This document shows, piece by piece, positions 27,352 to 37,729 of a stretch of 64,000 nt of DNA (positions within the stretch are counted from its first letter, which is position 1; each line of letters begins with the position of its first letter). The notes below the pieces were generated by a model. The model worked only from the letters and a program-made list of their open reading frames with translations. It had not been told where the DNA came from and did no database searches. Where the stretch lies: the IMG/VR virus record IMGVR_UViG_3300032219_002765, positions 1 through 64,000 of that record; one strand, given 5' to 3'. The translations under genes were made by a program, and so were the position numbers. Source of the DNA: a virus. Taxonomy: Duplodnaviria; Caudoviricetes.

Positions 27352-28872
27352 TCAATACTCCACTGAAAACTGTCCTCTTCGTTGCAAATATTGAATCAGC
27401 CAGGTGTAAGCGTCCAGGAGGTCATCGTGTGACGTAGCCCCGACGTTGATCAACTGGTCAAACAAAGCGTCAAATTTTCGGTATTTATTGAACGTGATTT
27501 TCTTGTTTTCTAGCAAACCTAAAGTCCCACGAAAGCGGGCAATTTTGTCGCCCCTAAAACCTTTAACTTCATGAATATGAAGATTGCCTAGTTCACGCTC
27601 GTTTACCAGAACCCGTCTTAAGTCAGCTGCCAGTGAAGCTTGGTACGCAACCGATTCAACAACCAAGGTAATAGTTGAATACGTCGGCAAAAACGTACCG
27701 TCGTGATTTGTCAGAATTCCCCACTCCAACAACATATCGCACAGCAAATCAATCTTCTCTAAGTTTCCAATCGAGCGACACTGGTGCGCATCGATGATGT
27801 AATACTTGTCCTTCAGCCGTCCACCTAAAACAAACGCGGTGTAGTCACTCGTTTCGTTCTTACTTGCCGAGAGGTCAATGCCCACGGCTAAGGTGTCGAA
27901 TTCGGTTACCACTTCGCCTTTAATCAACAGATCTGGCGACACAACCAGATCCGAAGTCATAACAGGTTGCTGCTGATACTGGAACGCAAACGCAACAGGA
28001 TCAAGTTCTTTCTGACCTAGTAAGTACTCGACCGACCACTGAGCGGGCCAATAACTAACAGGCTCGCCCATGTTGTTGTAGGTAATGGCTTCCTGCGTAA
28101 CTTGTTTCCAGCCTTTTTCAGGCACGAACATTGTTTTGTGGATATCCAAAGGATGAAATCGAGTACCCAGGCAAATTGAACGTCCGCCTTCAAAGATAAT
28201 CGGCGCGATAACGGATGACCAGTTGTTGTTCATCTCTTCCCGAATGGTCGGGTTTTTAATGTCCGCGCTGGATTTAATAGGGTCATCCACGATGACCAAG
28301 TGGGCGCGTTTAGAGGTAATAGAGCCCCGAAGGCCCGCAGCCCTGAGCGTAAATTCTTCGTCACCCACCCGTGGAATGCCGGCGTAGTCGAAGTCAATCG
28401 ACCAACCGATATCCGACTGCATCCCTGCTTTTAGCTTGACCTTAGGGAAGATCTTGCGGTACTCAGGAGAGTCAATAATCTGTCTAATAATGCGACTTTT
28501 CGGAATAGCCGTAGCAATGTTGTACGAAACATAAATAATCTGCAACGGCATCTTAGCCGTCGTATGCCGCCCAATAATCCATGCAGTAAACAGGTTTAGT
28601 ACAGTGCTCTTAGCGCTACCCCTAGGAGCAAGAATATCTAGGTTAGGTCCCGCTATGTCAATTAGATATTTATTTGATTCACCTGTTATCAAATGGCTGT
28701 ACCACTCCAACATATGTTTCTGAGGAGCTTTGTCAAGCAGCGTACAGAACGTATGAAAATCGCTGGTAGCTTTGGAGTATATAGTATCTACTACAGTAGA
28801 AGTATCGTCAATAGCCCGAGCTGCTCGTAATTGTGCGCCACGGCGATATGCGAAAGTTTCTTTGCTAGGCAT
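27352..28872 (-). CDS. terL: terminase large subunit
   Basis: Walker A LAPRGSAKST; Walker B LVIVDDP; GTRFHPLD; nuclease VGIDLS, SDYTA, HDDLLDA. Confidence 0.92.
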   Translation of the reverse strand: MPSKETFAYRRGAQLRAARAIDDTSTVVDTIYSKATSDFHTFCTLLDKAPQKHMLEWYSHLITGESNKYLIDIAGPNLDILAPRGSAKSTVLNLFTAWIIGRHTTAKMPLQIIYVSYNIATAIPKSRIIRQIIDSPEYRKIFPKVKLKAGMQSDIGWSIDFDYAGIPRVGDEEFTLRAAGLRGSITSKRAHLVIVDDPIKSSADIKNPTIREEMNNNWSSVIAPIIFEGGRSICLGTRFHPLDIHKTMFVPEKGWKQVTQEAITYNNMGEPVSYWPAQWSVEYLLGQKELDPVAFAFQYQQQPVMTSDLVVSPDLLIKGEVVTEFDTLAVGIDLSASKNETSDYTAFVLGGRLKDKYYIIDAHQCRSIGNLEKIDLLCDMLLEWGILTNHDGTFLPTYSTITLVVESVAYQASLAADLRRVLVNERELGNLHIHEVKGFRGDKIARFRGTLGLLENKKITFNKYRKFDALFDQLINVGATSHDDLLDAYTWLIQYLQRRGQFSVEY

Positions 28873-28926
28873 ATCACTAAGTTGACAGTATCGCTATATT
28901 AGTCGTATCTGAACGATACTTCAGGA

Positions 28927-30099
28927 ATGGCTAAAATTCTTTGGTACGGCGACGCATGTTGTAATACAGGTTTTGCTCGTGTAACTCATAGTGTTCTAGA
29001 GCATCTGGCAAAAGAGCACGAAGTACACGTACTGGCAATTAACTACAGCGGCGACCCGCATGATTATCCGTTTAAAGCGTATCCGGCAGCGAACGTACAC
29101 TGCGGCGATCGTTTCGGTATTCCGCGTTTACCAGAACTCTTAAACAAAATTAAACCAGATGTCTTTATATGTCTGCAAGACATTTGGGTTTGTAATCAAG
29201 TGTGGGAACGATGCCAGTTCCTAAAAGACGAGTTGAAATTTAAATTCATCTGCTATTTCCCAATCGATAGCGAGATGTATTACAGCGATATGCTGCGCAA
29301 CATTCCTGCGTGGGATATGGCGATTACCTTCACCATTAACTCCGCTCACAGGATCCTCAAGCACGGGATTAAAGCTGAACGACTAGGAGTTCTGCCTCAC
29401 GGAGTAGATACGGGCAAATTTACGCCAATGGACCGAGGCGAAGCCCGCGATGCCCTAGGTCTGCCAAAGGATAAATTTATTGTCCTAAACGCCAATCGCA
29501 ACCAACCGCGAAAACGGATTGATTTAACAATTCAGACATTCGCCAAATTTGCAGCGGATAAACCTGACACCATGCTCTACCTACACATGGGAGCAAAGGA
29601 TATGGGTTGGGATGTCGTACCGTTGTTTGATCGCGAAATGAAAAAATACGATTTAGATAGTGCCAAACGATTAATCCTTACATCAAAAGATATCAACTAT
29701 ATGGATGCTCCTTCTGACGAATTGTTAAACAAAATTTATAACAGTTGTGATGCCGGCATTAATACGGCAGATGGAGAAGGTTGGGGTTTAGTTCCTTTCG
29801 AACACGCAAGTTGCCGCAAACCTCAAGTAGTTCCGAATCACACAGCTTGTGCTGACATCTGGGAAGAAGCTGCTCTCTTGGTTGATATTGCCACGTGGGT
29901 AACTGATAAAGATCTTGGTGTCGAACGCGGTTTAATCAACGTGAATCACGCTGTTGAGATGCTTAACAGACTGTATTACGACAAAGAGTTTTACGACGAA
30001 ATAGCTGATTGCTGCTACGCCGTAACTCAGCGTCCGGAATACCGCTGGGAAAACGTGGCTGCGGGCTTCTCGCAAGCCATTAAAGATTTAATGGAGTGA
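28927..30099 (+). CDS. GT-B glycosyltransferase (family 4-like)
   Basis: TGFARV; LPHGVD; NRNQPRKR; EGWGLVPFEHASCRKPQV. Confidence 0.88.
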   Translation: MAKILWYGDACCNTGFARVTHSVLEHLAKEHEVHVLAINYSGDPHDYPFKAYPAANVHCGDRFGIPRLPELLNKIKPDVFICLQDIWVCNQVWERCQFLKDELKFKFICYFPIDSEMYYSDMLRNIPAWDMAITFTINSAHRILKHGIKAERLGVLPHGVDTGKFTPMDRGEARDALGLPKDKFIVLNANRNQPRKRIDLTIQTFAKFAADKPDTMLYLHMGAKDMGWDVVPLFDREMKKYDLDSAKRLILTSKDINYMDAPSDELLNKIYNSCDAGINTADGEGWGLVPFEHASCRKPQVVPNHTACADIWEEAALLVDIATWVTDKDLGVERGLINVNHAVEMLNRLYYDKEFYDEIADCCYAVTQRPEYRWENVAAGFSQAIKDLME

Positions 30100-30103
30100 T
30101 TCA

Positions 30104-31183
30104 ATGCAAACAACACATCGTTTTTATCACGCTCACAGCCAAGTACTTTTTCCTTTGCGAGTTCCTCAGGAAGGAATTCCTGACGTATACGAGCAAGCTC
30201 GCGCTCTAAATGGCGAATTTACTCGAATCTCAAAAGGTCTTCCGGAAGGTGCTGTAGCTAATTTCAGTCCATCAATTCAAAAACACAAAGGAAAAACTTA
30301 CATCGCGTGGAGGTCACAAGCCGAACCATTTGGTTTTAAATACGACAATAATTATTTTTATCTGAATAATTCTCCCACAGAGATTTATATTGGAATTTTG
30401 CGGGACGATGACACTATTGTTGGAGCTAAAAAACTTCGGTCTAAACCTCACCGATTAAGTTACGAGGATCCCCGTCTTTTTGTGGGACCCGATGACGAAC
30501 TTTACGTGCAGTTTGTTGGGTCTACTTACGCAAGCCGATACAACAAAGGCGGCAAAAAATTATTCGACGATCCGAAAATTGTTGTTGCTTATATTGATGA
30601 GTTTTGCGAAGCAACTAATGCTGTAGTTCCGCCAATTGGAAAAAACAGGCAAAAGGGATCACCGGAAAAAAATTGGTGTTTCTTCAGCCATAAAGATGAA
30701 CTGCGGTGCTTGTACTCAACCCGACCTATAACCATTGAGAGGGAAAACGGCAAAGCTATCGAGATTGATTCGTCAATCCTGGACGAAGTTACGGGCGGCG
30801 CACCAACGTTTAATTCGCTAGCACCTATTAATCTAGGTTACGCTTATTTAACTTTTTATCACTGGAAACATACAGTATGTGACCGTAACGGTCAGTACTA
30901 TCTGATATATCATCTAAGTGCTTATTTAATGGATAAAACTTTTACTAAGATTACCCACGCGGTGAGGAGACCTTTGTTCTCTGGTTCGTTAAATGATCAA
31001 CTTATTAGCTGGACTGATTATGTGGGAAACCCCGTATCGAAACAACCAGCTGTAATCCTACCTTTTGGTGCTTATATAGAAAGCACTAATTTAGTTATGG
31101 CTCTAGGTGTTAACGATGCGTTTATGGGTATCTTCCGTTGCCCATTAGAAGCCGTTATGCGGGAAATGCAGCCAGTCGACTAA
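30104..31183 (+). CDS. GH130-like five-bladed beta-propeller (glycosidase/phosphorylase-like)
   Basis: FSPSI...SYEDPRLF...EKNW...YGVND-like propeller motifs. Confidence 0.6.
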   Translation: MQTTHRFYHAHSQVLFPLRVPQEGIPDVYEQARALNGEFTRISKGLPEGAVANFSPSIQKHKGKTYIAWRSQAEPFGFKYDNNYFYLNNSPTEIYIGILRDDDTIVGAKKLRSKPHRLSYEDPRLFVGPDDELYVQFVGSTYASRYNKGGKKLFDDPKIVVAYIDEFCEATNAVVPPIGKNRQKGSPEKNWCFFSHKDELRCLYSTRPITIERENGKAIEIDSSILDEVTGGAPTFNSLAPINLGYAYLTFYHWKHTVCDRNGQYYLIYHLSAYLMDKTFTKITHAVRRPLFSGSLNDQLISWTDYVGNPVSKQPAVILPFGAYIESTNLVMALGVNDAFMGIFRCPLEAVMREMQPVD

Positions 31184-31710
31184 GACTTCTCTTCACGTTC
31201 AAGCGTGGACCATACCAGCAATGCAGAATCATCTAATAGATTTTGTATTGCTGGTTGACCGTCAAAAGTCTGCATTAACTCCCGAAGGCAACGGTCCGCA
31301 CCAGCTAATAAAAGCCCGCGTCGATCAAGACCATCTGAAATAGCTCGAACAGCTTGAATATGGGAACGAAGTTCTTTCTGTAGCGAAGCAATTTTTGTTG
31401 CAGCTGTTGCGTAATCCAACATCCCCGTGGTCGTCATTTGACGCACGTTTTGAATATCTTGATTTAATCCGTCAATCTCACAAAGAAGAATTTTACGTAA
31501 ATCCTCTTTAGGATATTTTTCTTGTATCCACGCAGTAATATCCGAAATACTGCCGGTGTACGACGGTTTTAAAAACCTAGCGTATAAATACGCCTCAATA
31601 TCACTTGTAGCATTCTTAGCGTAATAAACAAAAGAATCTTTTTGCGATTTTTCTAAACTGGCTAGCCAACCTGCAACGGTTGCAGAGGTGCCGATTTCAG
31701 ACTGAATCAT
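31180..31710 (-). CDS. hypothetical helical protein (small terminase candidate)
   Basis: ORF track; near terL; positional inference only. Confidence 0.35.
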   Translation of the reverse strand: MIQSEIGTSATVAGWLASLEKSQKDSFVYYAKNATSDIEAYLYARFLKPSYTGSISDITAWIQEKYPKEDLRKILLCEIDGLNQDIQNVRQMTTTGMLDYATAATKIASLQKELRSHIQAVRAISDGLDRRGLLLAGADRCLRELMQTFDGQPAIQNLLDDSALLVWSTLEREEKS

Positions 31711-32390
31711 CCGAAAGCTTGATGACCAGCTAAAGCCATGCCAGCTCCGAAACGTTTGAGTGCTAACTGCCCTTCGACCTGACCACGCTGGAGTGCAAGA
31801 GCATTACGTGTATCTTCTTGTCTCTCACTAATACGCAGATTGCTGGACATTAAGTCATTAACTTGTTTGTTCTTAGCTGTTTGAGCGGATAAACCGGCCT
31901 GAGCAAGTCCTTGCGCTGTAGGGCTTAGTAGTGAAGTTTCTCCGGTTAATGTTTTTTCTTGTAACGATTGAACGGCTTCTCCGTATTGTTTAGCTAAAGC
32001 CGAAGCAACCTCAGGCCCCATCATTTCCGTGGCAAGCTTCGATTTACCTTGGAGATCTTGCAGACCCAAGACACTGCTTGCATACTGGGATGCGATACCT
32101 GCTTGTAAACCAGCTTGCGTCTGTTCTTTATTAGCTGCTTGTGTAAATTGATCGTAAGCTTGCTGCCCTAGAACTTTTGTTTGTGCTGCTTCAGTTCCCG
32201 TATAGGGAGCCATAAGCATTGCAAGTTCCTGACCAGCAATTGTTAAATTGGTATTACCGGGCGCTAATTGAGTTGAATATAAAGAAGCATAATCGGTTTG
32301 ATCGCCCCCGCCTTTGATGGCACCAAAAAGACTCCCTGCTCCGCCTAAAACGGAACCGATAGCAGTAACAGCAGCAAGTGGAATTGGCAT
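31707..32390 (-). CDS. DNA ejection/pilot-like internal virion protein
   Basis: MPIPLAAVTAIGSVLGGAGSLFGA start typical of pilot proteins; Q/A-rich coiled coil. Confidence 0.55.
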   Translation of the reverse strand: MPIPLAAVTAIGSVLGGAGSLFGAIKGGGDQTDYASLYSTQLAPGNTNLTIAGQELAMLMAPYTGTEAAQTKVLGQQAYDQFTQAANKEQTQAGLQAGIASQYASSVLGLQDLQGKSKLATEMMGPEVASALAKQYGEAVQSLQEKTLTGETSLLSPTAQGLAQAGLSAQTAKNKQVNDLMSSNLRISERQEDTRNALALQRGQVEGQLALKRFGAGMALAGHQAFG

Positions 32391-32394
32391 TGTT

Positions 32395-33207
32395 TTACTT
32401 CAGGGTAAAGTTTTCAAAGGGCTTAAGAGCAGCACCATAAGCAGTACTTAAGGCTTGAGAAAAACCTTGGTTAGGTGTTAACGACAATGCAATTGTTTGA
32501 GCAGTAGCAATTGTTTGTCGAGTGTTTGCTTCAATTTTTGCTTGCTCCAAAGCTTTCCACGCTTCGATATTCTTAATTTCTACTTGGCGTGCAGTATTTT
32601 CACGCGACTGCCGCATCGATAAAGCATTAGTAACGAGCATACGACGAATCGCATTTTCGGTATCAATGGCTGCGCGTCGTTGTACACGCTCAGGATCCAA
32701 CTCTTTAACAATTTGAGTCCAGTAATCCTGAGGACCTTTTTCCTCACCTTGCTTTACCTTATCAGGATCAGTAGTACCGGGAAGCTTTCCATCCGGTTTA
32801 CCTTGACCATTCTCTCCTACCGGAGGAACTACTTTTCCTCCGCCAGGTTTAGAACCATCGCTCCCAGTATCGGTAGGCATATCTGTAGCTCCTTTAACTC
32901 GCGCCATATCCCCACGGAGGCGATCTTGAATAGCGCGAATACGAGCTTGCTCACGCGAATCATCAGTAGCCCGTGTGGGATCAACTTTTAGGAAAGAACC
33001 GGGAGATTGATAGCCGTAATTTTCCCCCGCATAATATGTGTCCAGACCTAGACCAGTGTCTCTTTTAGGATTCCCAATCTCTGTATTATTGCTGCTCCCA
33101 CCAGGGAAAAGTTTGGGAATTTGAGTTGCAGCAGTCCCGATACCTGGAAAGGCTGCTTGGAGAAGAAGATCCTGTAATGCACCAAAATAACCTACAGATT
33201 CAGCCAT
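32395..33207 (-). CDS. putative internal virion protein
   Basis: ORF track; low complexity plus C-terminal coil. Confidence 0.45.
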   Translation of the reverse strand: MAESVGYFGALQDLLLQAAFPGIGTAATQIPKLFPGGSSNNTEIGNPKRDTGLGLDTYYAGENYGYQSPGSFLKVDPTRATDDSREQARIRAIQDRLRGDMARVKGATDMPTDTGSDGSKPGGGKVVPPVGENGQGKPDGKLPGTTDPDKVKQGEEKGPQDYWTQIVKELDPERVQRRAAIDTENAIRRMLVTNALSMRQSRENTARQVEIKNIEAWKALEQAKIEANTRQTIATAQTIALSLTPNQGFSQALSTAYGAALKPFENFTLK

Positions 33208-33217
33208 GATTATTTCC

Positions 33218-34054
33218 TCAAACAGGTTTTGCTAGTTCAGCCAGCGTAGTGTTATTTTCATAACGCTCGCGAGCAACGACATCTTTTATAACTTGATTCA
33301 ACATACTAGATGCTGCGTTATAACCAGATTCTACTCGCTGACGCTGCACTGCACCAAGAGATCTTTCTCGTTCAGTAGCAACTTGAGCTTGACTTGCTAG
33401 AGATTGAATTGCAACATCAAATTCACGATTTGCTTGTGTTTGACGAATAAAACGATTAGTTGCTTCCTCTTGTTGCTGACTTAAAACATCAGCACTGCGC
33501 TGAACAAACTCTTGAGGAGTTTCGGGTTCAGGTAATTCCGCTTGACCTAATGCACGCAAGATAGCGTTTACATTGCGAGTTTTATATAATTGATCTGCAT
33601 AATATTGCTGATACGCCATCCCCGTTTCTGGAGATATTAAATATTTACTAGCCCCAGTAGGCGCAACGGTGGCATAATTAGTGGGACTTAGATTACCAGC
33701 AGCAGAATTAGCTAATTTTTCAGCAAAAAAATTAGCTCCCGTAGCTGTAGCAAAACCGCCAAGGCTAGCTAACAGTCCGCCACCCCCACCGCCCTGCGCA
33801 GCAGCCACAATAGGAGCCGCAATACCAGCTGCGGCTGCAGGGGGAATTGCTGAAGCCAGCATTGATTCAATGTTCGTTACAGAAGGAACAACTGTTTTTA
33901 TAGCACCTTGCTTAACGAGATTTTCATACACATCTGGGTTATTTAAATATTTGCCAAAGATCTGAGAAGCCTTCGCAGTATCTCCACCCAACTCCGAAAC
34001 AAGCTTATTAAAAAGCCCGCTTAAGCTTTCAACTTGATTAATACCGCGTGCCAT
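33218..34054 (-). CDS. putative internal virion protein
   Basis: AAAAGIAAPIVAAA hydrophobic stretch plus coiled coil. Confidence 0.45.
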   Translation of the reverse strand: MARGINQVESLSGLFNKLVSELGGDTAKASQIFGKYLNNPDVYENLVKQGAIKTVVPSVTNIESMLASAIPPAAAAGIAAPIVAAAQGGGGGGLLASLGGFATATGANFFAEKLANSAAGNLSPTNYATVAPTGASKYLISPETGMAYQQYYADQLYKTRNVNAILRALGQAELPEPETPQEFVQRSADVLSQQQEEATNRFIRQTQANREFDVAIQSLASQAQVATERERSLGAVQRQRVESGYNAASSMLNQVIKDVVARERYENNTTLAELAKPV

Positions 34055-34287
34055 CAGGAACTTGCCGGGTTATCAAACGATGTGCCGGATAACGGCTTCT
34101 TTGTATAGTTTACATCGTTAGGGTTAGCTTGCGGGAAAATACCAGCAAGTTTCTGCTCAGCAGATTGGTAAGCAGCAGTTTGCGGAAAATTAGATTCCAG
34201 ATACATAGATAAAAATGACACTGGATCAAGATCAGGCGCTCCCCGTCTAACGTCGCGTTCTTGTAACTGCTGCTGACGTATGTTCAT
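34054..34287 (-). CDS. hypothetical protein
   Basis: ORF track. Confidence 0.45.
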   Translation of the reverse strand: MNIRQQQLQERDVRRGAPDLDPVSFLSMYLESNFPQTAAYQSAEQKLAGIFPQANPNDVNYTKKPLSGTSFDNPASS

Positions 34288-34290
34288 CGA

Positions 34291-34794
34291 TCAACCCAAC
34301 TCTTGATAACGTTCAGACGCAGGGATCGAAGAAGTATTCGGAGCATTTAATACTGAATACTGACCGCCGAAGTTCGGAAGGTCATACTCCAGGGGCCGCT
34401 GCCGACTTAGATATTCACCACTTTCGTATGAATCTTCGTTTTGATTCTGAATAAACTCAATAAACATCTGCATCAATTGCGGATTATTGAGCAAAACATG
34501 AATCAGTTCTTCAACTTCTTCTACATCACTGGGGTTAGTAACACCAGCTTGTAACCGGCGCCCAAGATCAACTCGCGCTTCAGGCTGAGTATTTGCAGGA
34601 TAAGAATTTAACGAACGAGTAGCTCCGGTCTGAATGCCTTCACCCTCATGACCTGGAACAGGTGGGGCAGCGCGGTGGAAATTGCGGATCACCACGGAGA
34701 CCATGGGAGCTGCGGCAGCTTGTTCAGCAGGAGTCCGGGGGACAGGAAGACCCAGAATGCGAGCCGCTAATTCATAATCCTGAGGCGAGAACAC
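34291..34794 (-). CDS. hypothetical protein
   Basis: ORF track; TAAACT about 27 nt upstream. Confidence 0.55.
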   Translation of the reverse strand: MFSPQDYELAARILGLPVPRTPAEQAAAAPMVSVVIRNFHRAAPPVPGHEGEGIQTGATRSLNSYPANTQPEARVDLGRRLQAGVTNPSDVEEVEELIHVLLNNPQLMQMFIEFIQNQNEDSYESGEYLSRQRPLEYDLPNFGGQYSVLNAPNTSSIPASERYQELG

Positions 34795-35092
34795 CAGAAC
34801 ACACTGCTACCGATGTTTCTAGTTTAGGCGCAATCTGTAGAATATCGCCAGGTTGAACTTCTAAACTTAAACAAATACGCTCTATAACATCAGGAGACGG
34901 TATATATTTTTCGTCTGCGTATATTTTTCGTGTTGTAGTAGGCGAAAGAGCAGAAATTTTACTTAATTTGAACGATGAGACTCCACGGTGATCCAATAAC
35001 TCCCGCAAACGATTGACCAAACGACCGTAAGTTGTATAAGAGGAGTAAAACGGCATTTTATTAACAGTATATTGAGTTGTTTTATTGATCAT
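34772..35092 (-). CDS. Cro/C1-type (XRE) transcriptional regulator
   Basis: RLRELLDHRGVSSFKLSKISALSPTTTRKI...IERICLSLEVQPGDIL. Confidence 0.8.
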   Translation of the reverse strand: MINKTTQYTVNKMPFYSSYTTYGRLVNRLRELLDHRGVSSFKLSKISALSPTTTRKIYADEKYIPSPDVIERICLSLEVQPGDILQIAPKLETSVAVCSGVLASGL

Positions 35093-35418
35093 AATTCGTT
35101 TATTAAGAAAGATTCGTCCAGACCAGCGTTCTTAATCATAAAATTGCAGGCTTGAGCAGCTTTTTTAAAGTATTCAGTCCGGGGTATACCCTGTGTATCT
35201 GCCATAGCGGCGACATTACAGACCAAAGGACGGTCTTCGTAGATCGAACATCGGTTATCAATCAGCTTTTCGCAAGCACCAAACGCATCAGTCTCATAAG
35301 GAAAACTTTTAAATAACGCTTTTAACAAAAGATTATCTTGTTGATCAATAGTGGCCAAGATGAGACCGACATGACGGCAACAGAGGCCGCATTCAGTACA
35401 GGGAAATCCTTCAGACAT
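35089..35418 (-). CDS. YkgJ-family CxxCxxCC cysteine-cluster protein
   Basis: CTECGLCC...CEKL...CSIYEDRPLVC. Confidence 0.85.
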   Translation of the reverse strand: MSEGFPCTECGLCCRHVGLILATIDQQDNLLLKALFKSFPYETDAFGACEKLIDNRCSIYEDRPLVCNVAAMADTQGIPRTEYFKKAAQACNFMIKNAGLDESFLINEL

Positions 35419-35420
35419 AC

Positions 35421-36188
35421 CTAAAAACCTAGGTTTTTGCTTCTTACGAAATGTAAATCGTAAGTTGTAAAATCAAGAGGAATATTCGGATTATTAAAAG
35501 GCGTTCTGTACACCTCCCCTTCGACGTGAGATTGCCACGCGGGATTCCACTTAGCGTGTAAGTACTCCTTGTTGAGTTCGTGAGCCCTATGAATACCCGC
35601 AGCAAGTTCAGGTTCAGTACGCCAGGTCTGGCTTCCATCGTCGTAGTTTCCGCTCTTCTCCCCGTGGTAATAAGGAATGCCGACCGTCAGATGCCGCTTA
35701 AGCTCTCGATGCTTGAACCTCATCCCGTAATCCATGTCCTCGCAGTACCCCGGATACAAGTTTTCATCAAACAGACCGAAGTTCTGAACGACCCAATCTT
35801 TGATAAGAAAGATATCCCAACTTCCGTTCTCGCCATGAACAATCCCCGTCTCTGCGTCGCTGGCGTGTGCGACCATAGCGTCTAGAAAACCGGGCGTGAA
35901 CATAATGTCGTGGTTAACGATCAACCAATAAGGAGATCGCATAAACGATTTAATAATTAAATTCCATGCTCCTGGGCAACCTAGGTTTGCAGGTAAGTGA
36001 CAGACCGTTATTTTCTTAACGTGCTTATGCGGTACTTTTTGCAGAAGGTCTAACTCTTCTGTTAGTTCTCCTCGTCCGTTGTTGTTAAAGACAACAAAGT
36101 TATCCACAGGGTAATCAATGCTGTATAAAAGCCTATAAACCCAATGAGGACCGTTAACACAAGCTGTACCAATAACGGGAATGCTCAT
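35421..36188 (-). CDS. glycosyltransferase family 2-like
   Basis: NLGCPGAWN; LIVNHDI; GLFDENLYPGYCEDMDY. Confidence 0.85.
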   Translation of the reverse strand: MSIPVIGTACVNGPHWVYRLLYSIDYPVDNFVVFNNNGRGELTEELDLLQKVPHKHVKKITVCHLPANLGCPGAWNLIIKSFMRSPYWLIVNHDIMFTPGFLDAMVAHASDAETGIVHGENGSWDIFLIKDWVVQNFGLFDENLYPGYCEDMDYGMRFKHRELKRHLTVGIPYYHGEKSGNYDDGSQTWRTEPELAAGIHRAHELNKEYLHAKWNPAWQSHVEGEVYRTPFNNPNIPLDFTTYDLHFVRSKNLGF

Positions 36189-36232
36189 ACCCAGTCTAAA
36201 GCTGGTAACATATTAACACTGAGATCTGGGCA

Positions 36233-36934
36233 ATGACGACGTACTTCTGGGGTCCTGAGCAATCTCTGATCGTACCCACGCCGGAAGTGGCGTTCCTGAT
36301 GCACGATGACGATTCAGGTCGTTGTCAGATGCACCAAGTAGGAATCCCTGAACTGCCAATTATCGAGTGGGCTAAGCAGTTCGGATCAAAAGACAAAAAT
36401 TTTATTGATTGTGGCGCACACATGGGCGCGTACTCCATCTTGTTAGCAGATAGTTTTAAAGGAGTTTATTCGTTTGAAGCGCAGCGTCGAACGTATATGC
36501 AGTTATGTGGAAACATTTTTATTAATGAAAAAGCGAACATAACTCCCTACCACAACGCAGTAACCGATTTAGTACATTCACACGCAAACGTAGTTCTATC
36601 CGTTGTGTCCGAAGACGGAGGCGGATCGACAATCAGGCAAACGAAGCAAAAAGTACTAAATACAGAGTTAGTTAAAACTACAGATATTGATCACCATCGT
36701 ATTAATGATGTTGGTTTAATTAAGTTAGATATAGAAGGTAACGAATTAGCTGCACTTAAAGGCGCAGAAAAAACATTAGAGCGCTCAGGGTATCCACCGA
36801 TAATTTTTGAAGCGAACAACGATGACTGGTATGCAGAAGAGAAGGAAGAACTTTTCAAATATTTAACTAAGTTAAATTATAAAATCGTTGAAATTCGTCC
36901 GTACGAAAACATGTTTGCCGCTTTTAGTAGCTAG
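36233..36934 (+). CDS. FkbM-family methyltransferase
   Basis: FIDCGAHMG; FEAQ; LIKLDIEGNELAALKGA. Confidence 0.88.
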   Translation: MTTYFWGPEQSLIVPTPEVAFLMHDDDSGRCQMHQVGIPELPIIEWAKQFGSKDKNFIDCGAHMGAYSILLADSFKGVYSFEAQRRTYMQLCGNIFINEKANITPYHNAVTDLVHSHANVVLSVVSEDGGGSTIRQTKQKVLNTELVKTTDIDHHRINDVGLIKLDIEGNELAALKGAEKTLERSGYPPIIFEANNDDWYAEEKEELFKYLTKLNYKIVEIRPYENMFAAFSS

Positions 36935-37054
36935 CTTGCGCCCACAGCTCTTACCAATTACTGCTAGTAGAACGCGCTCGTTATAAGACTCATGAGACTC
37001 AATATGAAACAACACCGTTTTACCTGTTTTCAAAATCTTAAATAATTTATACAT
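36872..37054 (-). CDS. hypothetical protein
   Basis: ORF track. Confidence 0.35.
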   Translation of the reverse strand: MYKLFKILKTGKTVLFHIESHESYNERVLLAVIGKSCGRKLATKSGKHVFVRTNFNDFII

Positions 37055-37102
37055 TGCCCCGTTCTTTCGATGCGCTACAGTAAGCTGACGCTAGAAAATT
37101 AA

Positions 37103-37729
37103 ATGAGTTACCTAAATCACAACCTGCCGACATTTACTTGCTATATCCGAAACGAATTTCTATACAATCACAAGGAAGGACATGGGGATGTAACGTTGTG
37201 TGACGTGCACTCTGTAGCATCCCTGGAGAAGCGCGTCCCCCTGTTTGAAGTGTTTCTAGAAAATGGTGTTAATTGGACGCGACGCCCAATCCACGCCTTG
37301 TGCTGGAAACCCGATGCCCCTAAACCAGAACTAAATCAGTGCATCTGGTGGGATTGTTTTTCTCCGTATATTGACGTACAAGTTAGAGCACGACTTTCTA
37401 ATTTGCGTGCGCAATTAATTAACTTTAAAGGTGAGAAAAACGAGGGTATCTACATGTTCACCCTTGACTGGTCTTGGGAGTCTAAATCAATTCTCAATAC
37501 TAACTTCAGTGAGACGCCCGAACACAAGTGTGCACACTTCTTTCGGATGGATGACGGTAATTTTTATGCGTATCCAAACAACCGAATTATTTGGTATGAC
37601 GATGCGTGGCTTAAAAACAGAATTGAAAAAAATCCTGGATATGAAATTGATCTCACTGAGTACAGTGTTGAGAATTCTCGCAAGATAGAAACGTCAGATC
37701 ACTTTCTATACGAAACAACTGTCACGTAA
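37103..37729 (+). CDS. conserved aquatic-phage protein
   Basis: MSYLNHNLP...RNEFLYN...WTRRPIHAL...WDCFS...HKC...AYPNNRI. Confidence 0.65.
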   Translation: MSYLNHNLPTFTCYIRNEFLYNHKEGHGDVTLCDVHSVASLEKRVPLFEVFLENGVNWTRRPIHALCWKPDAPKPELNQCIWWDCFSPYIDVQVRARLSNLRAQLINFKGEKNEGIYMFTLDWSWESKSILNTNFSETPEHKCAHFFRMDDGNFYAYPNNRIIWYDDAWLKNRIEKNPGYEIDLTEYSVENSRKIETSDHFLYETTVT

